A stretch of DNA of 64,000 nt, taken from the NCBI RefSeq assembly GCF_009914755.1, contig NC_060925.1; one strand, given 5' to 3'. This document shows, piece after piece, positions 23,530 through 45,029 of the stretch. The notes under the pieces were generated by a model. It had not been told where the DNA came from. It ran no database searches and saw only the letters and a list, made by a program, of their open reading frames with translations. The stretch is from the human T2T-CHM13v2.0 reference genome, Homo sapiens. The position numbers and the translations under genes were made by a program. How positions within the stretch are numbered: the first letter of the stretch is position 1; every line of letters begins with the position of its first letter.

Positions 23530-24760
23530 AGTCACCAAGTGCCAGATGGGAGATAAGTGGAGACTTCTGGGTAGTCTGATATGTTATTGTCCATGTGCCT
23601 TGCATTTGTGTTTGTGGATTGGAAGAAGCAAACACATCTTCCAGTTTTTACAGACTGTTTTTGGAAGACAAAGACCTTCTCCTCTTTGGTCTCCAGGCTT
23701 ATAGGATTGCTTCTCAGTTCTAAGTTCAATGGGGTTGGAGACATGTTATGTGGCTTTAGCTGGGTCCAAATATGGTCCGTCGTTGGTGGAACTGTTATCA
23801 GCAGCTCAAGTGGCTGTAGATTCTGTCTGGTCCTTGAGTGCATTGGACTTTGTCTAAAATCTTGTTCATTAGGGCTACACTGTTTCAAGGTTCCACAGTT
23901 GGGCCTGCAGATGGTGGTTCTGTTTTCATGAGTGTGATGACAGTAGCTCTTTCTGAGTCCCTGGAGTGCTCCTACTGGATCACTGGATGGGTCCCTGGAT
24001 TGACAAGACTGTCCTTGTACTGTTACTGAGAGTGGTGGAACTGAGTCACAGGGCTGCTTCAGGGTTCACAATTTGCAAGCAGGTCTCTGGAGGATTAGAC
24101 GGGTATGCCTCCTACCATGTTCATGGTAGGGAAAGACTGCCCCTGGACCATGACTGAGCAGGGCTAAAGCAGGGCTGCTTCAGAATCTGCAATCAGTCCA
24201 AAGTTAGAAGATGTACCAACATGAGCACAGACAGACATATCTCCCAGTGGGCTCCTGGGTGGCTAGGAATACTCTCTGCCCACAACTGGGTGAGAATAAG
24301 TTGTGTTTCAGAATGAAATCAATAGTCACGGTGGAAATGAGGACAGAAGGGGCTGATGCCAAGTGCCTTGCTTCAGGGTTCTCTGTCAAGATCAAAGTCA
24401 ACAGGCCTGTCGCCCAAGGCAGGGGTGGTTATGACTCCTCTCAGGTCCCTTGGCAGATTGTTCTGGTGGCAGGACCAAAGCCAAAGAGAGCTATATCCAG
24501 ATTTACTGGGGCAAAGTGTTGTTTCCAGGTCTGTATCCAGGAACATGTACAGTGAGCCTGCTACCTGGTTGTGAAAACACCCTCTCAAAACAGCTCTCTT
24601 CAGTCTTGGGCTCTCCTAAGGTTTTGCTGCCTTTGACCTGGAGTCCAATACGCTCACAACTGTACTTTGGTCTGTGGAAGGCTCTCAAATTCTTGTTGCT
24701 GTGGGAGGATATGAGTGGGACATCCCCTACTCTATATTCTGCTCTCAAATTTTATTTTAC
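23530..24760 (-). mobile_element. Ancient L1M 5'UTR-like fragment
   Basis: Repeated cagggctgcttcag / gggttccacagttgggcctgc motifs that I recognise as old L1M 5' ends in antisense. Confidence 0.4.
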
Positions 24761-26285
24761 AGAGAGACACTAAACTACCCAATCAAAAAGTTCAATGAAC
24801 CCAAAGTAAGATTAATTCAAAAACATCCAAACCTAGACATATCAAAATGAGATGATCAAAAGCCAAAGTCAAACAGAGAATCTTCAAAGCTGAAATAGAA
24901 AAGTGAGGCTGCATATTCAAGGGATCCCCAATAACACTGACAGCTAATTCCAAGAATGCCAACGGGCACTGTAATGACATATGCAAAGTGTTCAGAAAAA
25001 ATCTTACAACTAAGAATTTGCTGTCCTTCAAAACTATGCTTCACAAATCAAGGAGAAGTTAAGACATGCCCACAGAAACAAAAATGGAGACTTGTCACTA
25101 GCAGACTTGCGATATAACAAATGCAAAGGGAGTCATTCAATCTGAACTGAAAGACACTAGAAAGTCAATAAAAGCTATATGAACAAATAATGAGCACTAG
25201 TAAGGGTAATTAAATAGATAAATATAAACAGCAATATGAGTGTTTTTTATTTATAATAGCTTTTTCTCTTAACTCACCTCAAATAAACTTACCTAACATA
25301 AAAAATATAAGTGTGCTAAAGGGTACATGAGGTAAAAGATGTAATTTGGATAAGAATAACAGTACGAGGATAGGAGAACACAGCAATGTAGAATCAAAGT
25401 TTTTGTATATCATTGACATTAAATGAATATTAAACCAATAAGGAATCTATAAATAAAGGTAGTAATTATATTTCCCAGAAATAAAAAAAATATCATGAAG
25501 GGATACTAACAATAATTGTATGACAAAAATTAGATAAAGTTGTTAGTAGAAAAATTTCTAGAAATACATGAACTATGAAAACTGACTCAAGAAGAAATAA
25601 AAATTTAGATAAACCTGTAACAATTAAGAGAATGACTTAGTCATCAAAATACTCCCACAAAGTAAAAACAGAATGGCTTTACTGTGGTACTACACCAAAT
25701 GTATAATTAAAAACGACCAATCCTTCACAAATTCTTGCAGAAAATAGAAAAGAAAGTGATATTTGCAACGCATTCTATCAAGCTAGAATTACACTGATAC
25801 CACAACCACACAAAGATATCAAAAGTAAACAAAAGCCAATATCTCTTACATGCAAAAATTCTCAACAAAATACTAGCAAACTAAATCCACCAATATATAA
25901 AAAGGATTATACAACACAACCAAGTGGGATTTATCTCAAGCATACAGAATGGTTCAACATACAAAAATTAATCAACTTAATAGAAGATATGAGTAGATAA
26001 AAATTGGGAAATGGATGATCCCTTCAGCAGAGGCAAAAAAGTATTTGACAAAATCCAGCACCTTTTCATGAAGAAAAACCATGGACTAAGTAGGAATTGA
26101 GGAGAATTCCCTCAACCTAATAAAGGATATTTATGAAAAACATGCAACTTACATCATATGTAATAGTGAAAAATGAAAAGTTTCCCCCCTAAATCCAAAG
26201 ACAATACAAGGGAATGTGCTTGTGACATTGACATTCAACATTGTATTGTGGGTTCTAACCATAACAATTAAGTAAGAAGACAATT

Positions 26286-33570
<7,285 letters not shown>

Positions 33571-35145
33571 AGACAACAACTAGAAGGTGCTTAGATTAAA
33601 AAAGATATTTAAAACTATATTTAAAACGACATGGTCTTATACATAGAAAATTCGAAGAAATTCAAAAGAAACTATTAGAGCTAATAAAAAATTCAGTATG
33701 GTTGTAAAATGCAAGATAAATTTGCAAAAATTAGTTATAGTATTCTATATTAGCAATGAGCAATCAAAAGATGATTTAAAAAACAATTCCATTACAATAA
33801 GATCAAAAAGAAAAAGTGCTTAGGAGTAAATTAACAAGAGAAGTGCAAGACAAGTCCACTGATAAATGCAAAATATTGTTGAAATAAAAGAGGATTGAAA
33901 TAAATGAAAAATCATGACGTGCTTATGAATGAGGAGATTTAATATTGCTAAGATGATAATATTTCCCCAATTCATCTACCAATTCAATGCAATCCCTATC
34001 AAAGTCCAGGTGAATTTTTTTGTAGGAATTGACAAAGTAGTCCAGAAATTACTAGAGAAATGCCATATGAATAGCCAAAAATTTTGAAAAAGAGGAATAA
34101 AAATGGAAGACTCACACTTTACAGTTTCAAATCTTACTACAATGCTGAATCAAGCAGTGTAGTACTGACATGATGAAAATCACTGGAATAAAATTGAAAG
34201 TTTGGTAATGAACCCACACATCAACTATAAATTTGTTTTCAACAAGGATGCCCAGACAATTAAATGGGGAAAAATAGTGTTGAATAGTGTTTTCAATGCA
34301 TGGTGCTGGGAAAAATGGATCCATACATGTGAAAGAATGAGGCTGAGCCTTTATCCCAGAACCATAAACAAAAATTGACTCAAAATGCATTAAACACTGA
34401 GTTATTCAAGCTAAAACTGAGAGCTACCTCTTTAAGGTAGGTGAACGTATTCATTTCTTAGTCAATGGTCTCTGAAATATGACACCTCAAACAACCAAAG
34501 AAAAAACAGATAAGTTAAACTTCAACAAAATTAAAAACGTTTGTGCATAAAAGAACACTATCAAGAAAGCCAATGATGAGCCAGAGAATGGGATGAAATA
34601 TTTGTCCATTTTACCATATACCTGGTAAGAATCTAGTATCTGGAAACTATCAAGAACACTTATACCTCCAGTAGAAAGACAAATAATTCAATGTGTTTAA
34701 TGACAAAGGAGTTGAGTAGACATCAAAGGACTTATAAAAATGGCCAATAAAGTAATAGAAAGATACACCAGATCATTAGTCATTGGAGAAATACAAATCA
34801 AATCCAAAATGAGATACTACTTCATTCCCACTAGGATCATTATAGTAAAACACATTGGGTAACAACAAGGTTATAAAATAAAACCATCACTTATTGCTGG
34901 AGGGAATGTAAAATGATTCAGCCACATTGGAAAACAGTTTGAATGTTTCTCAAAATGATAGTAATAGAGCTACCATATGACCCAGAATTTCCACTCCTAG
35001 GTAAAGCATCTAAAAAAATTGTAAACGTGTTCACACAAAACATGGCATTATTTGTAATAGCCAAGAACAGAAAAATAACTGAAATTGTTCATCAACTAAT
35101 ATACAGATAAAGAAAACATGGTATAACCATACAACTGAATATTTG

Positions 35146-36307
35146 ATTTTTCTTATTTTCTTCCATCAATTTACTTCGTGTTTTATTTGTTGTTCTTTTT
35201 CTAGTTTAGCTAGGATCAAGGTTAGATTACTGATTTGAGATCTTTCCTTTTAATATATGCATTTTTGGCTATAAATTTTCCTCTAGGTAATGCTTTCAAC
35301 ACATCTCATAAGTTTTGGTATGTTGTGCTTTTAGGATTTTTCACTTTAAAGTATTTTCTGATTCCATTGTGATTTATTCTTTGACTCTTTGGTTGCTGAA
35401 GAGTGCATTTTTATATTTCCCAGATCTGTGATTTTTCTGAATTTCCTGCTGCTGTTGATTTCTAATTCCATTCTATTGGCTTTGGAAAACATACTTTGTA
35501 TAATTTTATGCTTTTTAAGTGAATTGAAGCTTGTTTTATGACTGAATATATTGTCTTTTCCAAAGTATATTTCATGTACATTTGAGAAGAATGTATAATC
35601 TGCTCAATAGTTAGAAGAAGTTCAATAGATGTGTTTAGGTCTAGTTTATAGTGTTCAATTGTCTTCTGTTTCCTTAATGAGCATTTGTCTAGATTTTCTG
35701 TTTATTATTGAAATTGGAACACTGAAATCTCCAACTGTTATGTTGAATTGTTTATTTGTACTTTCAATTCTGTCCGTTTTTGCCTCATACTGCAGTGCTC
35801 TGTTGTTAGGTGCATATATGTCTATAATTATTATGTCTTCTTGATGGATTGACCCTATTGTCATTATATGATATACTTCTTTGTCTCTAGTAACCATTTT
35901 TATCACAGTCTTTTTTGCATAATAGTAGTAAAGCCACTCCAGCTATCCTGGATACTACTTAATGGCATATTTTTTCTATCCTCTTATTTCCATCTGTTTG
36001 TATCTCAGTAGGTATCATATAAATGGATCTCTATTTTATTTATTCTAACAATCTATCTGCCTTTATTGAAAATTTAATTCACTTACCTTTTGTAACTATT
36101 GATCAGATTTACATTCACCATTTTCTTGTCTGTATATCTTATGTATTTTTTAATTCCTCCCTTGCTACTTTCTTTGTGTTCAATGATTATTTTCCATGCT
36201 ATCATTTTCATTTCTTGGTCTTCTTTTATTATATTTTCCTGTTGTTTTCTATGAGGTTGTACTGGGGATTCAATTGACATGTTAATTTATAAACATCTAG
36301 ATTGTAC
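35146..36307 (-). mobile_element. Ancient L1M fragment (endonuclease region), continues after the provirus at 43023
   Basis: ORF 35655-35906 (-) VTRDKEVYHIMTIGSIHQEDIIIIDIYAPNNRA resembles L1 ORF2 endonuclease. Confidence 0.7.
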
Positions 36308-39300
36308 TGTGAAAGGAAAATATCTTGGGTTCCCAACATCACTAAGCTAAAAGGGCAATTTAAGCTGAAAACTGCTCAGGGAAAACCTGCCTCCCATTCT
36401 GTTGAGTCATCCCTCTGTTCACCAAGATAGATACATATCCTGATTGCCTCCTTTGGAAAGTCTTATCAGAAACTCAGAAGAATGCAACCATTTGTCCCTC
36501 AGCTGCCTGTGACCTGAAAGCCCTCGGGGGGAGGGGGCTTGCTTTGAGTTGTCCCTGTATTTCTGGATGAAATCAATGTACTTCTTACATATATTGATTT
36601 ATATCTCATGTCTCCCTGAAATGTATAAAACCAAGCTGTGCCCTGACCACATTGGGCACATGTCCTCAGGACTTCCTGAGGCTGTATCATGGGCATGCAT
36701 CCTTAACCTTGGCAAAAGAAACTTTATAAATTAAGTGAGACCTGTCTCAAATTTTGGGGGTTCATCCTTTGGTAACCACAGAGGGATTCTGAGTGAGATG
36801 CCCCTGACCTTTGACAAATCTCCTATCGGTGCTTGGTAGTAACCAATAGGAGATTTATTTATGGCTCAAAAAAATAGGACAATTTGCTGAGGTCGGAAAG
36901 CACCCCCTCCAGAGAATCCCTGAACTCCCAAAATTTGGTCGAGATCTAAAGTTGATTTTGCTGTGCAATTCTTTTTTTTTTTTTGAGTTTTACTTTCAAC
37001 ACAAGGAAGGCGAGTTTTTCCTGCTTCCATTACCATGGAAGTCAGGTAACCTTTTTATGGAGTTTGAGCTCACTTCCAATAGGGAAGATGAAGGGTTTTT
37101 TTTAATTGTTTTTTGTTTCTTTGTTTGTTTTTTTTACCCCGCTTCTAGAATGGTAGAGAGCAGTCTACAGCCTGAGACCCATCACCTGGTAAGAAACTGG
37201 CTTTTGATTCTGTCTTGTAAATTCCTTTTAAATGACTAAAGTTAGCATTAACAACCAGCTGGTGTTAACTTATGCTTACAGTTAAAGCACTCAGAAATCA
37301 CACAATTTGTGTAATCAGTTAGTTTTGCTTAAATGTTTTATTGTTTGTTTCTGTCTTCTTGGGGTTTGTGTGTTTTGGTCCTTTCCCTTATTAGATTTGA
37401 CCAGTTCCAAACCCTCTAGCTCATGAGTGTGGAATCTTCCACTCTGAAGAAATAAGAGCACCTTGCTCCCCTCAGCCTTTCAGGGAATTCTCAAGGCAAC
37501 TGAGAATCACGCGAGGGTGTCTGGGGGGAATGCTCCGAAAGCTGTGCAGCGGGTCTAAATAGGTTTTCCCCTCAGAAGAAAATATTTAGGGTCTTATCTC
37601 AGCTGGCAGGTGCATATAAGGAGCTGACTCCTTCTGCACCTTGAGCCCCTGACACACTGTACCAGGTAACCACAACATGGGTAGACCGAAACGTTTCAGG
37701 GGGTAACAGTCCTGAAAAGCTAGGTCTGCAAGCAGCACATTTGGGGTCTGACACACATCCTGACTTGGTCAAATGCAAAGGCAAATTCTAAATTATGAGA
37801 AACAAGGCCTCTGAAATGGCTAATTACTCCCCGATCCACACATACACACAAAAGGTGGGCTTTGATTATGAAAGAGGCTTTAGTTACATAACAAGGCCAC
37901 CTTTTTGCCAGCCAGAACAAATTGAAAGAGCAATGGCTGTACTGCTGAAATAGCAGCATTTTGTTATAGCTGGAATATGGTGATGAGATTTTAAAAGATT
38001 TCTTTTAAAGGAGCTCAGTGGCTAAAAGTCAGCTTACTTAAAATGCCAACATCCAAGATGTGTGTGTACGTATGTATGTGTTCATGTTTGTATTTAAAAG
38101 GCCTTCATGTTTTTCTTTTTGTTTTACTTTCCTAAGACCTTGTCTTTTTTATTTTGAGCAAAACTTTTTTTTTCTCAATTGACTGAATTCTCTTTTCATC
38201 TGATTTTTTGACCAAAATAGTTATTGCAACAGAGGCTACTCAGGTTTTTAAGAAAGAATGTAGTTTATTTGTCTACTTATACAGTTCTTTGATAAGTTTC
38301 TATAATTTTATGTATGATTTGGCTCAAAGAAAAATAAAAGTGTCTCTCTCTAGCACCATCATACTTTTTCTTTCTGTAACTTATGATGTAAATTTTGCTA
38401 TTTGATTTTCACCTGAGTTGTTTCCTTTAATATGCAAATTTAAGCGATTTAGCTGACAACTGCCTAGGATTGTAAAATAGGTTATCAAGAATCTGAAAGT
38501 CTAAGATAGAAAAAAAGGGGTCTTTATAAATCTATAAAATGTACTTCCATCAGCATGCCTAATACATCTATTTATTTGTGTTGTGTACACATTGTTTCAC
38601 TACTAAAAATATATAAAGGAGATCTAATTAATTGGCTTAAAGGAAAACAAAAGCACTTAAATCAAATACTTTATCAGGAAAAAAGAGTAGTCAAATGCAT
38701 TTTCAAGTTTATGCAACTTAAGTAAAATATTTAATCAGTAAGCTAGCTTTTAAATTATTGACAAAGTAATATTAGAAATGTCTTAAGAATTTCCAGCATA
38801 CATTTTTGTTTTGCATTTAGTAATCAAGTAATTTCATACTTATCCCTGCCAAGTACTATAAGGTGTCAAAATTTGGCATAGGGGTTGCAAAACTATGAAT
38901 ACCTGTTATTTAATTTAATATAACCTTAGATTATAAATTATGACAAGTTTGTTTACAAGTATTTATCCCATTACATTTACCTAATTATTTTATTTTAAAT
39001 GTTTACCTGGATTATTTATGAAAACTGTAATTATCATGATTTAAAGTTATGAAACCACCATTGTAAAATTATAACTGAGACAGTGAAAAAGATATGACCC
39101 AGCCCAAAACAGAATGATCTTTGCTTGAATAATTTTTAATAAGTAAGACATTGATATTGATTTAATAAAAACAGCTGCATCTTGAATTTAGTAAGAGTAC
39201 CATAACTTCTAATCTTGTGGCTTTATGCAGTTTAGTCTGCATGAAGGAAGGAAGTTTGTTTTGGGAAAGGACTGTTATCATCTTTGTTTCAAAGCTAAAC

Positions 39301-42300
39301 TATAAACTAAGTTCCTCCCAAAGTTCAGGAATAAACAAGGACAGCATGGAGATTAGAAGCAAGATGGAGTCAGTTAGGTCAAATCTTTTTCACTGTCTCA
39401 GTTATAATTTTGCCATGGTGGTTTCATAACTTTAAATCATGACTATTACAGTTTTCATAAATAATCTTGGTAAATATTTAAAATAAAATAATTAGGTAAA
39501 TGTAATGGGATAAATACTTGTACACAAACTTGTCATAATTTAGAATCTAAGGTTAAGGTTATATTAAATTAAATAATAGGTATTTCATTATTTGAGTATT
39601 TTCTGATAAATATACAGTATAGGAAGATGTTCTTGCTGAAAACAAGTGTGTCATTTTTTAAAAAAGGTGAACAAGTTTTGTCTAATTCAAAGCTTATTTA
39701 AAGGTTATGTATAAAACAAGGTAAAAGGAATCAGGAAATAAAAGAGACATAAAGAAAGTTATAAAAATAAAGATTTTTTTTGTGTGTGGTAAGAAAGCTT
39801 AAAGAGAAGTAATTTTATATAAAAAATAATTTTGTATGGTAAATTTAGTCCTAAAATAAAATGGCTGATTGTTTAAGAAAGAGGGATGTTCAGGACAAAC
39901 CAGAAAGTCCAAACATGTCTTGAACAGTTGATGTAAGGCACCATAAGAGGATTTATATATAAAAAAATTATATGATCAAGTTGTCATATTATTATTAAGT
40001 TTTGGTTTGCTTAGGAAAAAGAAACTGAGATAACCTTTTTTATTTAAATTAAGGATATTACATCCATGTATCTTCCTGAATGTGCTTTTAAAGTCTTTGT
40101 GACATTGAGTTACAGGGCTTTGACTCCTGGGTCTAAAAATTACACCAAATATTGTTAAATCTTAAACACTAACAGCAATTCAAGCCTCATCTTCAGGTCC
40201 TGGAGAAGATGCCAATATAAATAAACTACATTCCTAAGGCAGAGGGCCAGAAATTAAAGCCATTCAACTGCTCAAGGCCCAAGGACTATGTCAGAAGAGA
40301 TGGGTGTGTGAGATTGTAGGGCCCATTTTAAGAGATTAAATAAGTTCAGTTTCTTTTATAAATTAATCATTAATGTCAAAGGCACACTGATGCAAGACCA
40401 GCATATGGACCCCTGTGTCAGATTAACAAGGTTTTCTTGAAGAATTAACTGATTCCTTAATACAGGTTATAAATGTTATAGAAGGGTTATGGGAGGTATA
40501 TCTTATGGTCAAGATTGAAATTTTATAGATAGTTTATAAAATTTTGAAAAAAAAATTAATTGGTTTCATCCTGTTTTCATTAGGGCTTACTGTTTGGAAA
40601 TTAAATCTCCTCTTTCAAAGAAGGCCAGCTTTTGCCTTTTTTTTCTTGAAATCCTTGAGTTATCAGTTTGGTTAAAGGAATGACTTATTTTACAATGCTT
40701 TGTGATTCTATTTTGTGATATCAAGTGTTTTTAAACCTTTGATATTGGACAAGCTTTCCAAAATCAAATAAAAAATTATTTCTTTTTCTGACCTAATTAA
40801 TCCTTTAAGATATTAGTTTTCCTAAAGTCCAAAAATGACACAATTTAGCTTATTTGGTACAAAAATAACACAGAAAGAATTTTCAAATATGAAATGGTGT
40901 TTGGTTTTATAGGGAGCTGTATTTGTATAAATATGTTATTGGTATGTGTTTCTATAATTCTGGTATAACTTAGCATACATTATCAGTAATCATAATTGTT
41001 ATGCTAAAATTATTGTGTGCCACAGAGGTAACAAATTTCCTTCTCAATTGTGTCTTTGACTATGGCTGTCCTAAAACCTTTGTCATCCACAGCCAATTGT
41101 TATCTTGTTTTGGTCCTCTTTAGAAGGTGATTTTATAATCAGCTATAAAACTCTAACAGGTGCTCTTGAATGTAGGTTTATGATAACTTTGGAGGTAGTA
41201 ACATCAGAATAGAAGAAAAACTTTCACAATTCTTGGGGAGCTAATATGTTCATGAGTATCAAGCAGAACAGTTATTAACTGCATGGACTGAACTAATCTT
41301 TTTGACTTTTTGCTTAAAATGTTTGCTGATCCTTTGTTTTGTTTTTCAGAGTCTTGGAAGTGTTCTTTTGAGCTGTTGACAGCTTTTAACAATTTAGTAT
41401 ACTCCTATGAACAAAATTTGGAGCATATTTGTTTCTCTCTACCTGATTTCTCCAGACTTTGAAAGCTATTTGTCAATATTCTTATGGCAATACAGTTATT
41501 TGCATAAGTGCAATAAGAATCTGTTTTCATTTGTAACAGGACACAATTGGAGAAACTGGTTATTTTACCAAGGCTTTGACTGGAATGGTGTGATTTCCCT
41601 TAAGGAATCAAACTTGATTTATGGAGCTAACAAAGACTTTGGAAAACTGTTGTCTTATTTTGTGTACACAGTTCCTGTTTCTGACCTGTGGTAAGTAAAG
41701 AATGTCACTTTCTGACAGTCCCAGAAGACCCAGGTTTATCTTGGAACCATCAAGAGGAGAGGAAATTCACCAAACTCATGGGTATTTGATGGCACAAATC
41801 CATGGCTGGGCTCAGCTTTTAAAAAAGTCTTACCTGAGACTCCTACTATGGAACAAAGTTCCATCAAAGCCAATTTAAAACTTATGTAAAAAAATTATTC
41901 TTGCTGCACTGTGTACAAATAATTTGGCCAAGTGTAATAAAGCAAAACCAGTAGTACCATGATTTGTCTTTAGCAAAAATGTGAAACTGGAGAGAGAAAA
42001 ATTATGTTTCAAGAACTATAGTACACCTGTTGTTAGATTCTAGCCTTGCCTCATGTTTTTTCAGTTTTTATTATTTTCTACAGTTTGGACCAAATTGTAA
42101 TTTTTCTTGGCTACAAGTCTTCAAAATTCAATATTTTCTTCCTCCTCCCCCATATTTTTCCTAATTTGGAGTCCCTGAAAACTAAGCTGTGCTTTCTTAA
42201 AGTCTCGCAAACTGAAGTCAGACAACTTAAACTTCAGAAGAAAGTAACAGTAACCTATTTACATATATAAGCCACTTTCATACCTGCCTACTAATGTATG

Positions 42301-43022
42301 GACTTCAAAATAATGTGGCGTTATATCGATTTTTACAAGATTGTTCTTTTGTTTGTTGTTGTTTTTTCTCCTTTCCTCCTCCCTATTTTCTATTCATAGG
42401 ACATGAGACTTCGCAACCTGCTAAAAATGAGCTTTTGGGACCTACCCATCTAGGAATAAACCGTCCTAGCCATGAGAGATTAGATGAAACCTGTGACCAG
42501 AGACTCATTTTTTTTCTAAAATGCTTTCTCCAAAATATCTTCTAAAAGAAAAGGGGAGAAATGTGAAAGGAAAACATCTTGGGTCCCCAAAATCACTAAG
42601 CTGAAAGGGAAATTCAGGCTGAATATTGTTCAGGGCAAATCTGTCTCCCATTCTATTCAGTCATCCCTCTTCTCACTGAGATAGATGGATATTCTGTTTG
42701 CCTCCTTTGAAAAGGCTTATCAGAAACTCAAAAGAATGCAACCATTTGTCTCCCACATACCTCTGGCCTGGAAGCCCCTGGGCAGGGGATGGGGACTTGC
42801 TTTCAGTGGTCCCTGCCTTTCTGGACAGAACCAATGTAGTTCTTACATATATTGATTGATGTCTCATGTCTCCCTAAAATGTATAAAACCAAGTGGTGCC
42901 CCAACTATCTTGGGAACATGTGGTCAGGATTTCCTGAGGCTGTGTCATGAGTGCGCTCCTCAACCTTGACAAATAAACTTTATAAATTCACTGAGACCCA
43001 TCTCGAATTTTCGGGGTTCACA
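36308..43022 (+). mobile_element. Complete non-autonomous ERV1 provirus, MER4A LTRs plus MER4-int
   Basis: 5' LTR 36308-~36766 and 3' LTR 42562-43022, both starting tgtgaaaggaaaa; degenerate tRNA-Arg-like PBS tggtaaccacagagggat at 36770; polypurine tract aaaagaaaaggggagaaa at 42544-42561; 4-bp TSD gtac/gtac; no gag/pol/env ORFs. Confidence 0.9.
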
Positions 43023-43489
43023 GTACTAATACCAACTTAATATAAACATTAATAGTATTATACTATATAACATTTATATAGAATGATTTCATTAAGTGTG
43101 CTGAATTTAAGATCAATATATCAAAATACATAATACATTACTTACAGTTGAATGGAAGTGTAATTGAAGGAAAAATATATATAATTCACAAGAGTAAAAT
43201 CATTACTTTATTAATTTCATAAAGGTTAGCCCTAACTGAAACCTGTCTCCCTCTGCCTCCCCTGAACCTCTCAAGTAGTTGGCAATCATGTAATCACACT
43301 CACATATCTTAGGATAGATAGGTAGTCAAGCTTTCTTTACTCGTCTTGTATTCAGTTCACAGTTTCTCCACAAAATGTTCAATACCCAGTCCTCTGAGGA
43401 TATATCTGACTATGTCACACTGTATACCTCCTCCTTACAGTCATCTATGTACCAACCTCCTGGTCATTTCTCATCCAAGACAAGCTCAG

Positions 43490-43768
43490 GGCCAGGCATG
43501 TGGTTCATATCTATAATCCCAACATCTTGGGAGGTTGAGGTGGGAGGATTGCTTGAGTCCAGTAGTTTGAGAACAGCCTGGGCAACATGACAAAACCTCG
43601 TGTCTATAAATAAAAATTCAAAAATTGGCCAGACATGGTGGTGTGTGCCGGTAGTCCCAGCTATTCAGGAGGCTAAGGTGGGAGGATCACTTGAGCCAAG
43701 GAGGTTGAGGTTGCAGTGAGCCATGACCACGCCACTGCACTCCAGCCTGGGCAACAGAGTGAAACCTT
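43490..43768 (+). mobile_element. AluJ element (tail lost)
   Basis: ggccaggcatgtggttcat...gggaggattgcttgagtcc...ggaggatcacttgagcc...gcaacagagtgaaacc. Confidence 0.9.
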
Positions 43769-44324
43769 AAACATTGTGTCCCATTTTCACAGGTATAGTG
43801 AGACACTCAGGGGCCTCTGCTACTGCAGAAAATCCAGTGATGTCATCACTGTCCTTAACACAGAAACAGCAGAAAAAGAAAAGGATTAGCTACTGCCTCA
43901 CTTTCAACCTCCAAGCCCACCTCTGACCATAAAACTTAAATCACACTCAGAATCCCAGCTACCAGGGAGTGTGGTAAATGTGAGCTTCACTTTCCTGCCT
44001 CTGAGATAGAGGAACTCCATTGAGAACCTGCTCACCACATCTATTACACCTCTTTCACTACCCTTCTAAAATCTCATGCATGAGCACATCAAACACTCCA
44101 GCCAGGCTCCTAAATACCTTTGTATTGCTATCACTAGGTCTCACCTTCTTAGCAAATCATGAACCTTGGATTGATCCAACCTCTGTACAACACTCATACT
44201 ACCTAACAGAATTGCAAACCTCCTGTCTGACACTACTATAAATTCAAAATACCTGGCCTCAATCAGTCATTAACACCAGTCAACAATCAGTTAATTGCAT
44301 GACTGCAAAGGTAATATAAATTAA

Positions 44325-44550
44325 TAATAGCTAGCTCTTTTTGATTGCTTCCTATGTGCCATGACTCTTCTAAGAATTCTCTGTGTTTTAATTCATTTAA
44401 ACCTCATAAACACTCTGAGAGATAGGTATTATCCCAATTTACAGATTAGAATAAGGAGACAGAAAGACTAAGTCATTTGCATAAGTCCACACAGCTGGAA
44501 ACTATCAGAACCAGGATTCAAATCTAAGTAGTTTGGATCTAAAGCCCACT
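44325..44550 (-). mobile_element. MIR
   Basis: ctatgtgcca...attatcccaatttacagat...agtcatttgc...ggattcaaatct. Confidence 0.65.
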
Positions 44551-44593
44551 TTGTCATCATTCTGCTGACTGCTTCTCACAGTCTCCCAAACTT

Positions 44594-45025
44594 CCTATAG
44601 ACTGAATTGTGTCCCCCAGAATTCTTATGTTGGATCCCTAAAGCCCAGTGCAATGGTGTTTGGAGAGCAAGCCTTTGGGAAGTAGTTAGGTTAGATGAGG
44701 TCATGAGGGTGGGGCTTTAGTGATGGAATTCATGACCTATTAAAAGAAGACAATATGAAGATATGTCTGTCTCTCTCTCTCCTGCACCCCTTATCTCTCT
44801 CTCTCTCCCCACCCGCCCACCCCCATCACTCTCTAGCCATCTTGTGAGCACACGGTGAGAAGGCAGCTATCTGCAAGACGAAAAGAGAGCCCTCACCAGA
44901 ACCCAACCATGCTGGCTCCCTGATCTTGGATGTCCAACCTCCGGTATTGTGAGAAAATAAATTTCTGTTGTTTAACCTATTCAGTCTATGGTGTTCTGTC
45001 ATGGCAGCCTGAGCAGACTAAGACA
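44594..45025 (+). mobile_element. MLT1A-like solo LTR
   Basis: gactgaattgtgtccccc...ttagatgaggtcatgagggtggggc...gcagcctgagcagactaagaca. Confidence 0.75.
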
Positions 45026-45029
45026 TCAT

